From: a virus
Lineage: Duplodnaviria; Caudoviricetes
Reading direction: 5' to 3' (one strand)
Length of the DNA stretch: 61,124 nucleotides
Virus record (IMG/VR): IMGVR_UViG_3300047403_000141
Location: 1 to 61,124 of that record
In this document: piece after piece, positions 48,115 through 56,537 of the stretch
Numbering within the stretch: position 1 is the first letter of the stretch
Layout of the letters: each line of letters starts with the position of its first letter
Position numbers and translations under genes: made by a program
The notes under the pieces: model-generated
Told to the model about the DNA's origin: nothing
The model's database searches: none
What the model saw: the letters and a program-made list of their open reading frames with translations, nothing else

Positions 48115-48324
48115 ATGCAGGATGCAATCGAAAGGCTGAACGCTACCGGCAAATGGTGGGTGATCGGCAAGGGCAAGGTGACGTCGAAAGAGCCGCTGTA
48201 CGCTTGCCTTATTCAAGAGGCGTGCATCGACGGACGCGTGATCGCTCGCATCGAGGGCGATGACTTGGATGACTGCGTCGAGCGCGCCTTGGCGAAGGTC
48301 TCGAAGACTTCTGCTTCTCAGTAA
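48115..48324 (+). CDS. Hypothetical protein
   Basis: GGAG RBS. Confidence 0.55.
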   Translation: MQDAIERLNATGKWWVIGKGKVTSKEPLYACLIQEACIDGRVIARIEGDDLDDCVERALAKVSKTSASQ

Positions 48325-48351
48325 CAGCCGACGGAACCAAAGGCGTTCTCC

Positions 48352-48606
48352 ATGTCGAGAGATCTGATGCTGATCGTCCGAGCCGCGGCCGAGACGGGTT
48401 TCACAATCGAAATGGCGGGCGAGACGGTGGCGGCAATGGCAACGCCTGAAGAAGTCGCGATGTGGGTGCAGCGGCGTCTTGAGCAGCTCCCGGGCGAGTT
48501 GGAGCGCCGCCGGCAGGACACCGATGGCGACATCGTCGAGATGCCCAACATCGTCGCCCGCACCGATCCGGCCGGGTGGTGGCGCAAGCAGCGCGGGGGT
48601 GGCTGA
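48352..48606 (+). CDS. Hypothetical protein
   Basis: Lies within the operon; TGATG overlap downstream. Confidence 0.5.
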   Translation: MSRDLMLIVRAAAETGFTIEMAGETVAAMATPEEVAMWVQRRLEQLPGELERRRQDTDGDIVEMPNIVARTDPAGWWRKQRGGG

Positions 48607-48800
48607 TGCAAATGAGAGCAACGACGCCGCCATGCCGCGACTGCTTGCGCGCATCGCAGCCATTGGAGCCCGCGCGTCCGGTGTGTTGCGACATTGAGTG
48701 CATTCATTTTGCCAAGCGATGCGACGAGGTGACGGTCTGCCAGCGCCGGGTGGTGGCGACGGTCGCGACGACGAGCAAGCCCGGCGGATGGACACGATGA
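48606..48800 (+). CDS. Small Cys-rich protein
   Basis: CRDC..CCDIEC; coupled at both ends. Confidence 0.45.
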   Translation: MQMRATTPPCRDCLRASQPLEPARPVCCDIECIHFAKRCDEVTVCQRRVVATVATTSKPGGWTR

Positions 48801-49255
48801 GCGCCCTCGAATGCCCGCACTGCGGCAAGGTCATCGTCAAGGCTCGGTCGTCGCCGGACCATAGGAGGTTCTTCGCGGTCATTCATCGCGCATTCGAGCA
48901 GTGGCCGGAGGCGCATCCGACGTTCGTCCCCGAGAGCGCCGAGCAGCTCAGAGCTTGGCTGCTGTGCAAAGCCGGATTCCGCGAGGCGACACCGATCATG
49001 CTACCCGACGACGCCACGGAGCACATGCGCGATCTCTTCCGACTCGCGATCGAAGCGTCGGTGCGAGCTGCCGGAGGCTATGCGTGGGTGGTTCCGTACC
49101 AGAACGGGGCTGCGGTGGTGCGGGCGAAGTCGATTGCTTGGACGAGGGTCGGGCAGAGCGAATTCAACGCCATTCGGAGCGCAGTCGAGGATGTGATCGC
49201 GGCCGAGATCGGCGTCACGGCGGAAGCGCTTTTGAAGCATGGGGAGGCGGCATGA
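48797..49255 (+). CDS. NinB/DUF1367-like protein
   Basis: RS..DHRRFFA; LR.WL..KAG; KSIAW..EF. Confidence 0.7.
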   Translation: MSALECPHCGKVIVKARSSPDHRRFFAVIHRAFEQWPEAHPTFVPESAEQLRAWLLCKAGFREATPIMLPDDATEHMRDLFRLAIEASVRAAGGYAWVVPYQNGAAVVRAKSIAWTRVGQSEFNAIRSAVEDVIAAEIGVTAEALLKHGEAA

Positions 49256-49617
49256 ACGCCTTCGTGCACGAGCCCCGTGATCGTCTTTCCGATCGCGAGC
49301 GCGCGCGCTTGTTTCTTGAGCGCGGTGGTCAGTGCCACCGCTGCAAGCGAAAGCTACGCCCAGGCGACGACTGGATCGATGAGCACCTGATCGCTCTCGA
49401 AAACGGCGGCACCAACGATTGGGATAACCGCGGCATTACCTGCGCGTGGTGCAAGCCGACAAAGGATGGCGAGGATCACAAGAAGGCGGCGCACGCCAAG
49501 CGGGTGAGCGTCAACCATGTCGTTCCCGGCAAGCGCCGCGAGAAGCGACGCGGATTCCGCCGGCCGGCCGGCGTGAAGTTCGACTGGTCACGCGGCAGCT
49601 ACAGGAAGGACGAATGA
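49252..49617 (+). CDS. HNH endonuclease
   Basis: CHRC...EHLIALENGG.N..DN...CAWC. Confidence 0.85.
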   Translation: MNAFVHEPRDRLSDRERARLFLERGGQCHRCKRKLRPGDDWIDEHLIALENGGTNDWDNRGITCAWCKPTKDGEDHKKAAHAKRVSVNHVVPGKRREKRRGFRRPAGVKFDWSRGSYRKDE

Positions 49618-49799
49618 CCGAGCAGGAGGCCGCGGCCCTGGCACGCATGATCCTCGACGCCCTGGCCGGCGACCGCCTGAAACAACTGACGACCGCCATT
49701 CTGAATGCGCATGCATCCGGATATGCCGCCGGGTGTCGTGCCGAAGCGAGATTGCAAGAGGAGCGCCGCAGTCGCGACCAGAAAGGACACCGAGAATGA
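49614..49799 (+). CDS. Hypothetical protein
   Basis: ATGA coupling at both ends. Confidence 0.55.
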   Translation: MTEQEAAALARMILDALAGDRLKQLTTAILNAHASGYAAGCRAEARLQEERRSRDQKGHRE

Positions 49800-50347
49800 G
49801 ACTGGCAGCATTCATCGACGGTCCGCACATCTATTCCATGGGGAGGGCTCTCGGGTTCGACATCGACTATCGCCGCGTCATCGCCTGGCTGCGCGAAAAC
49901 GGGACGCTGATCCGGGCGACCTACTACACGACCATACCCGACGGCGACGAGTTCATTTCCATCAAGCCGCTCATCGACTGGCTCGACTACAACGGCTTCA
50001 CCATCCGCACCAAGGCCGTCGGGTGCAGCGACGATCCGGACACCGGGCGCCGGCGATGGAGCGGCAACATGCATGTCGAGATCGCTCTCGACGCCGTGAC
50101 GGCGGCCCGGGACTGGAAGCTCGATCAGATCATCATGGTCTGCGGCGACAGCGCTCTGACGCCGGTCGTGCGCGAAGCGCAGCGCTTCGGCGTTCGTGTG
50201 GCCGTCGTCGGGGCCTTGACGCGGGTTCCAACGCCGATGGTGGCGGACAGCCTGCGGCGGGCGGCCGACGACTTCATCGACTTCTCCATCGTCGCGGACA
50301 GCCTGCGCCGTGCCACGCCGCGAGCTCGGATCGAGGAGGCCGCCTGA
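49796..50347 (+). CDS. NYN/LabA (DUF88) PIN-like protein with degenerate catalytic motifs
   Basis: FIDG; LGFDIDY; PLIDWLDYNGF; GNM; LRRAADDFID. Confidence 0.88.
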   Translation: MRLAAFIDGPHIYSMGRALGFDIDYRRVIAWLRENGTLIRATYYTTIPDGDEFISIKPLIDWLDYNGFTIRTKAVGCSDDPDTGRRRWSGNMHVEIALDAVTAARDWKLDQIIMVCGDSALTPVVREAQRFGVRVAVVGALTRVPTPMVADSLRRAADDFIDFSIVADSLRRATPRARIEEAA

Positions 50348-50523
50348 TGGAGACCGACAGGTCGCCCCACGAGGTGATCGCCGACGCGATTGCGAGTGTC
50401 AGCCCCCCTGCCGGCGATTGGGACGGCACGCCACCTGCCGAGGTCGTGATCCGCGCCCTGGCAGCGGCCGGGTGGAAAATCGTGAGGGCCGTCCCAGCTC
50501 AGCCCAAGTCGGAGCCCGCCTGA
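50347..50523 (+). CDS. Hypothetical protein
   Basis: TGATG coupling within the junction repeat. Confidence 0.6.
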   Translation: METDRSPHEVIADAIASVSPPAGDWDGTPPAEVVIRALAAAGWKIVRAVPAQPKSEPA

Positions 50524-50897
50524 TGCCGCTCGACGTGACCGATATCGTCGCAGACATCACGGCGGCCGCGACGAGCGCCACCACACCGTCCGACCTGCGC
50601 GCACGGCTCGAGGCCTTCGAAGGCAGGCATCCGGACAAAATCCGGTTCCTGCGCCAGCACCTGCTGCTCAACGCCGTCGAGTTCATCCAGCACATGGAGG
50701 AGCAGGGTGAGAGCGACCGAGAGGTGCTTCAGCGGGTCGCGGCGCAGGAGCTGACCTTCGCCGCGGCGATGCTCGTGATGTCGCTCTACCGCCGGCTCGG
50801 TCAGCCCTACTCGGCCGGCCGCTTCGCCATCGTCGCGCACACGCTGTTCCAGATCGCCGAGACGCTGCCCCAGGCCGCCACGACGGAGCCCGCCTGA
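50523..50897 (+). CDS. Hypothetical protein
   Basis: TGATG coupling within the junction repeat. Confidence 0.65.
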   Translation: MPLDVTDIVADITAAATSATTPSDLRARLEAFEGRHPDKIRFLRQHLLLNAVEFIQHMEEQGESDREVLQRVAAQELTFAAAMLVMSLYRRLGQPYSAGRFAIVAHTLFQIAETLPQAATTEPA

Positions 50898-51328
50898 TGC
50901 CCGTCCGCATCCAGCGCCGGCGCGCGGCCGGGTGGCGCCTGCCGGAGGGCGCCGTCTACGTCGGCCGGCCGACGCTCTGGGGCAATCCGTTCCGGATCGT
51001 CGTCGACCAGCCCGACACGTTCGGCATCGTCTCGCCCATCGCCGTCGTCGACGACACGTCCCGGCGGCCGGTGCAGTTCCACTTCCTCTGCCGGCTGCAT
51101 GCCGCGACCTATGCCGCCGGCATGTACCGCACATCGCTGATGGTGGCCGAGCGGTTTCCGGCCGAAGCCGCGCTCGCCGAGCCATGGGCCGTCGAGATCG
51201 TCCGGCGCCTGCGCGAGCTGCGCGGCCGCGACCTCGCCTGCTGGTGCCCCGTGCCGGCGCCGGGGTCCGCGATCCCCCACTGCCACGCCGACGTCCTGCT
51301 CGACCTCGCCAACCGGGAGCCCGCCTGA
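50897..51328 (+). CDS. DUF4326 protein
   Basis: YVGRPT.WGNPF; LRGRDLACWC; CHADVL. Confidence 0.88.
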   Translation: MPVRIQRRRAAGWRLPEGAVYVGRPTLWGNPFRIVVDQPDTFGIVSPIAVVDDTSRRPVQFHFLCRLHAATYAAGMYRTSLMVAERFPAEAALAEPWAVEIVRRLRELRGRDLACWCPVPAPGSAIPHCHADVLLDLANREPA

Positions 51329-51534
51329 TGCACATGCTCGACCACACCCGCGTCGCGATCGATGTCAACGGGCTGGAGCTGGCGGCGCTCAAGAAGCTGT
51401 CGCTCGTCAGCCATGCCCTGGCGCGCAAGCTCTCCGACTTCCGCGCCCGCGAGGAGCAGACGACGCTCGCCATGACCCTCGACGAGGTCATCCGCCGCAT
51501 CGAGCTCGCCGCCGCCACGGGAACACGCGCATGA
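51328..51534 (+). CDS. Hypothetical protein
   Basis: Coupled at both ends. Confidence 0.6.
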   Translation: MHMLDHTRVAIDVNGLELAALKKLSLVSHALARKLSDFRAREEQTTLAMTLDEVIRRIELAAATGTRA

Positions 51535-51899
51535 CCGATGCCGAGATGATCGCCGCCATCGAGTCGAAGCCGGGCCCGACGCTGCTGACGTTCGTATCGC
51601 GGGGCGATGCCAACGTCTGGCTGCTGTACGTCGCGGCCAAGCGCGCGGCCGGGTTGCTGTCCGCGACGGGCGTCATGGTCGAGGTCCGCGACACGCGCAC
51701 AGGCTCCGGGCTGATCTGCATGTGGCGCGACCCGGTGCCCAGCGCCGACGTCGACCGCTGCCAGCGCGAGGCGCTCTGGCAGCTCGAGATGACGCTCGCC
51801 GGCCACTTCCCGGTGCCGCCGCCGGGCCAGATCGCCGACCACAGCGCTCAGCTCAAGCAATACGTCCGCGACCGCAAGATGCCGGGAGATTTGCCATGA
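51531..51899 (+). CDS. Hypothetical protein
   Basis: ATGA coupling. Confidence 0.6.
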   Translation: MTDAEMIAAIESKPGPTLLTFVSRGDANVWLLYVAAKRAAGLLSATGVMVEVRDTRTGSGLICMWRDPVPSADVDRCQREALWQLEMTLAGHFPVPPPGQIADHSAQLKQYVRDRKMPGDLP

Positions 51900-52414
51900 A
51901 GAAATGCACGCCGGAGCCGATCGACCGCGCGCCGGACATCACCGGCCCGCACGGGCGGGCGTGGCGCGTCGATGCCGCGGCTCATCGACGTCGGAAGTCG
52001 ACTGGTCCGGACGCGGATGCCGGCGCCGTGACGTGGGTCATTGAGGCGACTTGGGCGCACCCGTTCTGGCACAGCTACCTGCTCGACCTCGTGCACCTGC
52101 GCCCGCTGCCGGACGGCCGCGAGACGAAGATGCACCTTCACGGTGCCACGCACGAGATGATCCTGCACGCGCTGAACCCGGATGCGCCACGCGAGCCCTT
52201 CATCGCCGGCGCTGCACCTCCGTCGTTGCTGTTGCCGACCAACTTCGCAGCCCAACTTGTGAGGCCGGACGATGCCGCGGCGATGGCCACGATCGAGGAG
52301 GCCGTGCGCGACATCTGCGCCGGCACGCTGAACCCCGACACCGACGCGTTGTCGATGTGGGCGCACCGTTTCGGCGACAACATGCTGCGCGACCGGCGGG
52401 CAGGAACGGCATGA
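51896..52414 (+). CDS. Hypothetical protein
   Basis: ATGA coupling; AHPFWHSY...VHLR...ATHE motif. Confidence 0.65.
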   Translation: MKKCTPEPIDRAPDITGPHGRAWRVDAAAHRRRKSTGPDADAGAVTWVIEATWAHPFWHSYLLDLVHLRPLPDGRETKMHLHGATHEMILHALNPDAPREPFIAGAAPPSLLLPTNFAAQLVRPDDAAAMATIEEAVRDICAGTLNPDTDALSMWAHRFGDNMLRDRRAGTA

Positions 52415-52932
52415 CTGGCGCTCACGACCTCCCCGAGCTCGCCCTGTCCGTCCGCCAGCCCTGGGCCTGGGCGATCATCCGGGCCGGCAAAGGCGTCGAG
52501 AACCGGACACCGTTCGCGATTGGCAAGGGGCAGCTGGCCCGTGCCGTGGGGAAGCGCATCGCCATCCACGCGGCGAAGGGCATGACTCGCGGCGAGTACG
52601 AGAGCGCGGCAGACTTCATGCGCCAGATCGGCGTCGCCTGCCCGCCGGCCTCTGAGCTGGCGCGCGGTGGGATGGTCGGCGCGGTGTCGGTCACCGGAAC
52701 GGTGACTGCCCGCAGCAAGTGCTTCAGCCCGTGGTGGATGGGCGGCAGCGGTCTGGTGCTCGAGCACCCGGTCGCGTGCGCGTTCGTGCCCGCGGTCGGT
52801 GCCCTCGGACTGTTCCGCTGGCAGCCGGCCGACCCGTCCACCGTACCGCCGCCGGCTCGCTGGATGCTGCCGCGCCCGACGGAGGCCCAGCCCGCGCCCA
52901 GCGCCCGCGACCTGTTCGGGGAGGCGCCGTGA
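52411..52932 (+). CDS. ASCH-domain protein
   Basis: ALSVRQPWAWAII..GK..ENR; IAIHA; G.LGLF.W. Confidence 0.88.
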   Translation: MTGAHDLPELALSVRQPWAWAIIRAGKGVENRTPFAIGKGQLARAVGKRIAIHAAKGMTRGEYESAADFMRQIGVACPPASELARGGMVGAVSVTGTVTARSKCFSPWWMGGSGLVLEHPVACAFVPAVGALGLFRWQPADPSTVPPPARWMLPRPTEAQPAPSARDLFGEAP

Positions 52933-54305
52933 CGTGGCTCTACGTGCCGCTGCACCTGCTGCCGACGACCTGCTCGGGCTCTCGCTCTGCGCCGGGGTCG
53001 GCGGGCTCGACATCGGCCTCCACATCGCCGAGCCCCGGTATCGCACTGTGGGTTACGTCGAGCGGGAAGCCTTCGCTGCGGCCGCCCTCGTGGCCCGGAT
53101 GGCGGATCAGGCCCTGGCACCGGCTCCTGTCTGGGACGACCTTGCCACCTTCGACGGCCGCCGCTGGCGTGGATGCGTGGACATCCTCACTGCGGGCTAT
53201 CCGTGCCAGCCGTTCTCCACCGCCGGCCGCCGGCTCGGCACCCGCGACCCGCGCCACCTCTGGCCGCACGTCCGGCGCATCATCGTCCAGTGCCGGCCGT
53301 GGCGGGTCTTCCTCGAGAACGTCGGCGGGCATCTCAGCCTCGGCTTCGACATCGTCCATCGAGAGCTATCGCGGCTTGGTTTCGAGGTTGCGGCACGACT
53401 ACAGAGCGCGGCAGAGACGGGCGCGAGCCACGAGCGCGAGCGGCTCTTCGTCCTGGCCGAGCGCCCGGGCCTCGACGGGTGGCGCCGACACGAGCCAGCG
53501 CCAAGGCGGACCGACGCTCGTGAGCAAGGCGGAGAGGTGGCGCACGCCGAGCACGGGGGACGAGCGCCCAGGGCCGCCCGAAACTCAGGGCCAGGTCATG
53601 CTCGCCAATCAGGCCGCCCTCTGGCCGACGCCGTCGGCGGCGCTGACGAACGACGACGAGAGCCCGGCGACGTTCCGGGCTCGGCAGGCGGTCCAGGCCC
53701 AGCGTGGGATCAACGGCAACGGAGCCGGCACGCCGCTGACGATCGCGGCGAAGGAGGTCGGCGCGGATCTCTTCTGGCCGACCCCGGCCAGCCGCGACCA
53801 CAGGGCGCCGAACAGCCAGGACAGCCAGGACAGCCAGGACCGGCGGAATGCCGATTCGGCACGCGGTCAACAGCTTCCGAACTTCGTCGAGCACGTCTGG
53901 GGCACGCCGTCGACGATGGACGCGCGCGGGCGCACGTACACGCGAGACCGTGGAGTGAAGGGACTCGAGCGGCCCGCCTTGACCGGGCAGGCGGAGCAGT
54001 TCTCGACCTTCCCATCTACCCGCCCGGCCCCGGCGAGCGCGAGCGATGGGGCGCCATCCTCGCCGACGAGCCCCTCCTCGCTCCGGCTCTCCCCCGAGTT
54101 CGTCGAGTGGCTGATGGGCTGGCCGCCGGGCTGGACGATCCCCGAGCCCGGCGCGCTCAGGCGCGAGCCGACCGTCTCCGCGCCACCGGCAACGGCGTGG
54201 TCCCACTGGCTGCAGCGGCAGCGTACCTGGCTCTCGACGCTGAGCTGGAGCTACGCGCCGCCGCCCGGCGCCGTGCCTCCGGCGCAGCAGCTCGCCCTGA
54301 TCTGA
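52929..54305 (+). CDS. C5-cytosine methyltransferase beta polypeptide (TRD-like repeats plus motif IX), alternative frame
   Basis: GTGA overlap; five W-x-[ST]-[PA] repeats; LSPEFVEWLMGWPPGWT. Confidence 0.75.
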   Translation: MTWLYVPLHLLPTTCSGSRSAPGSAGSTSASTSPSPGIALWVTSSGKPSLRPPSWPGWRIRPWHRLLSGTTLPPSTAAAGVDAWTSSLRAIRASRSPPPAAGSAPATRATSGRTSGASSSSAGRGGSSSRTSAGISASASTSSIESYRGLVSRLRHDYRARQRRARATSASGSSSWPSARASTGGADTSQRQGGPTLVSKAERWRTPSTGDERPGPPETQGQVMLANQAALWPTPSAALTNDDESPATFRARQAVQAQRGINGNGAGTPLTIAAKEVGADLFWPTPASRDHRAPNSQDSQDSQDRRNADSARGQQLPNFVEHVWGTPSTMDARGRTYTRDRGVKGLERPALTGQAEQFSTFPSTRPAPASASDGAPSSPTSPSSLRLSPEFVEWLMGWPPGWTIPEPGALRREPTVSAPPATAWSHWLQRQRTWLSTLSWSYAPPPGAVPPAQQLALI

Positions 54306-54325
54306 CGGAGCCTGTCGCGCCATGA
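52934..54325 (+). CDS. dcm: C5-cytosine methyltransferase alpha polypeptide (motifs I-VIII and X)
   Basis: LSLCAGVGG; AGYPCQPFS; LENV; HERERLF; RLRATGNGVVP. Confidence 0.9.
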   Translation: MALRAAAPAADDLLGLSLCAGVGGLDIGLHIAEPRYRTVGYVEREAFAAAALVARMADQALAPAPVWDDLATFDGRRWRGCVDILTAGYPCQPFSTAGRRLGTRDPRHLWPHVRRIIVQCRPWRVFLENVGGHLSLGFDIVHRELSRLGFEVAARLQSAAETGASHERERLFVLAERPGLDGWRRHEPAPRRTDAREQGGEVAHAEHGGRAPRAARNSGPGHARQSGRPLADAVGGADERRREPGDVPGSAGGPGPAWDQRQRSRHAADDRGEGGRRGSLLADPGQPRPQGAEQPGQPGQPGPAECRFGTRSTASELRRARLGHAVDDGRARAHVHARPWSEGTRAARLDRAGGAVLDLPIYPPGPGERERWGAILADEPLLAPALPRVRRVADGLAAGLDDPRARRAQARADRLRATGNGVVPLAAAAAYLALDAELELRAAARRRASGAAARPDLTEPVAP

Positions 54326-54579
54326 CCCGCCCCGTCCACAACCCCGGCCAGTGGCCGCGCCTGATGCGCGCGGAGACGGCGGCCGCCTACGTGGACGAGC
54401 GCTCGGTCGACGCCTTCCGCCGCGCCGTTGGCGTGCTCTATCCTCGCCCCGTCAGGGTCGAGGGAAAGGGCGAGCGATGGCTGCGCGAGGATCTGGACAC
54501 GGCGATCGACCGTCTCGCGGGCCGGCTGCCGTCGCCGGCGTCGACCTCGCCGCCCTTCGACGCCGCGAGCGTGCTGTGA
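54322..54579 (+). CDS. xis: Excisionase-like HTH protein
   Basis: WPRLMRAETAAAY...W.REDLD; overlaps the integrase start. Confidence 0.75.
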   Translation: MTRPVHNPGQWPRLMRAETAAAYVDERSVDAFRRAVGVLYPRPVRVEGKGERWLREDLDTAIDRLAGRLPSPASTSPPFDAASVL

Positions 54580-55865
54580 CGCGCCGCGCCCGGGCGGACG
54601 CCGAATGGCCCCGGCACATGAAGGTCAAGCGGTTGGCCGGCAACGTTCCGGCCTACTACTGGGAAGCGCCGCCGGGCGCCGTCCGCGGCGGCTACCAGAT
54701 CCGCTCCGAGGCCCTGGGCCGGGAGTACGCCGCTGCCCGAGACCGGGCGCTGATGCTCAACGCCACGCTCGACGCCTGGCGCGCCGGCGGCAACAGCCCG
54801 CGCACGCTCGACGCCGGCGCCCGTGTCGGCACCGTCGACTGGTGGCTGGAGCACTACCGCCGGTCGGACGCCTTCCGGCGGCTGGCCCCGCGCACGCGGG
54901 CCGACTACGACGAGGTGCTGGCCCGCCTCGCCGACCTCGAGACGACGATGACCGACGCCGTCGCCGGACGCCCGGTGCGGGTCGGGGCGCTGCCGATCTC
55001 GTCGATCTCGCCGGGTGCCGCCGACCGCATCTACGCCCGGCTGCGCCGTGGCGGTGCCGTGACGCGGCAGGCCAACTATGCCATTGACGTCGCCCGCCGG
55101 GCCTGGAAGGTCGTGTCGCGCGCCTACCCCGGGCAGTTCCTGATCGCCGACCCCGCCGACCCGAGGAACCGCATCGCGCTGAACCCGTGGGTCGGCGTCG
55201 AGCGGGTGACGGGCGACGGCACCACGGCGCCTGCGACCCGTGACGAGGCCCTGGCGCTCGCCGACGCGCTGGAGGCGATCGGGCACCCGGCTCTCGCCGT
55301 AGCGGCGCTGGTCGCCTTCGAGCTGCTGCAGCGGCCGGAGAACATCATTTCCGGGCACCTGACGTGGTCGCAGGTCCGCCCGGCCCATCGTCCGCGCGAG
55401 ATCGAGATCCATCACCACAAGACCGGCAAGCGCATCTGGCACCCGCTCGATGTCGACGACGAGGACGATGCCGGCCGCCCGATCGTGCGCCGGCTCTATC
55501 CCGAGCTCGAGGCGCGCCTGGAACGTCTGCCGCGCCTCGGCACGGCCGTCGCCATGTTCCGCCCGCAGCGCGGCCCGACGACGCGCGACGGCCAGCGGCC
55601 GGCCCGCATCTACAGCGAGAGCTATGCCGACCACCTGGTGCAGCGCGCCCGCCGGGACGCGGGCCTGCCAGCACACGTGACGCTCGCCGCCTGCCGGCAC
55701 GGCGGCATGACGCTGCTCGGCGACGCCGAGCTGTCGGAGCAGCTGATCATGACGCTGTCGGGCCACGTCACGCCCGCGGCCGCACGCGTCTACGTCAAGC
55801 GCACGGAACGCCAGCGCCTTGCCGCCGCTGTCCGGCGCCGGGATTACATCGAAGGACGGGGGTAG
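54576..55865 (+). CDS. int: Tyrosine integrase
   Basis: QR, KTG, CRHGG, SGH and VY catalytic set; next to attP. Confidence 0.9.
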   Translation: MTRRARADAEWPRHMKVKRLAGNVPAYYWEAPPGAVRGGYQIRSEALGREYAAARDRALMLNATLDAWRAGGNSPRTLDAGARVGTVDWWLEHYRRSDAFRRLAPRTRADYDEVLARLADLETTMTDAVAGRPVRVGALPISSISPGAADRIYARLRRGGAVTRQANYAIDVARRAWKVVSRAYPGQFLIADPADPRNRIALNPWVGVERVTGDGTTAPATRDEALALADALEAIGHPALAVAALVAFELLQRPENIISGHLTWSQVRPAHRPREIEIHHHKTGKRIWHPLDVDDEDDAGRPIVRRLYPELEARLERLPRLGTAVAMFRPQRGPTTRDGQRPARIYSESYADHLVQRARRDAGLPAHVTLAACRHGGMTLLGDAELSEQLIMTLSGHVTPAAARVYVKRTERQRLAAAVRRRDYIEGRG

Positions 55866-55910
55866 GGGATGGGTTTGCGGCAGCGCCCCGCGAACGGCCC
55901 GGGTCCGCCA

Positions 55911-56119
55911 GTGGGAATGCCATCCAGCCAGAGGTGGGAATGCCACCAGACGCGGATGTCTTAACTCGTTGATTTAACTGGCTGGGGCGCCAGGATTCGA
56001 ACCTGGGTATGGCGGAATCAAAATCGACCGGGTAGCCTGTCGGATCAGGACGCTTTCCCACTATTCGCGGGATGTTCTCGGTATGCCTAATCAATGTGTT
56101 GCGCTGAGCGTGGGAATGC
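55911..56119. other. attP region: 47-bp core identical in form to the 3' half of tRNA-Gln(TTG) (55979-56025, minus strand) flanked by arm-type repeats
   Basis: GATTTTGATTCCGCCATACCCAGGTTCGAATCCTGGCGCCCCAGCCA; no 5' half of the tRNA; GTGGGAATGC at 55911, 55934 and 56110. Confidence 0.88.
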
Positions 56120-56126
56120 GCCCTTT

Positions 56127-56303
56127 CTACCCCTCGCGCTTTGCGCGCTCGGTCGCGGCGTCCAGCTCCGCAATCCTGCCTTTTACCTCGCGTACCTCGC
56201 GCAACAACGCAGCGGTTTGCTTGTGCTGCCTGTTGGCGACCAACATGCCCAACGCCCCTATCAACAGGCCCGTGATCGGCCACCAGTGTCCGCCGTCGCA
56301 CAT
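56127..56303 (-). CDS. Small TM plus coiled-coil protein (58 aa, not in the ORF track)
   Basis: MCDGGHWWPITGLLIGALGMLV... Confidence 0.5.
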   Translation of the reverse strand: MCDGGHWWPITGLLIGALGMLVANRQHKQTAALLREVREVKGRIAELDAATERAKREG

Positions 56304-56312
56304 GGTCTTCGG

Positions 56313-56522
56313 CTATCCCCTGTTCTCATCCTGACGCATCGCGTCGTCGGCCTGTTGCCGCAAGGTTGCGGCCGACGCTCGCGGCCGGCGCGCCCGGTCG
56401 TCGCGACCATTCGCAAACCCGTGCCGGTATGACGCGCTGCGGTTGTCACTCGGCTCGGGGCTATCCGGGTCGAACCCGTCCAAGTAGCCCTGCACCATGT
56501 CGCTGTTGGCCTGTCGCCCCAT
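56313..56522 (-). CDS. Hypothetical protein
   Basis: GYLDG...SY.HG..NGRDD motif. Confidence 0.6.
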   Translation of the reverse strand: MGRQANSDMVQGYLDGFDPDSPEPSDNRSASYRHGFANGRDDRARRPRASAATLRQQADDAMRQDENRG

Positions 56523-56537
56523 CGCTGCCGTCGCTCC

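Noticed and set aside
55979-56025. Functional tRNA-Gln gene
   Set aside because: No D-arm or 5' acceptor strand; it is an att core
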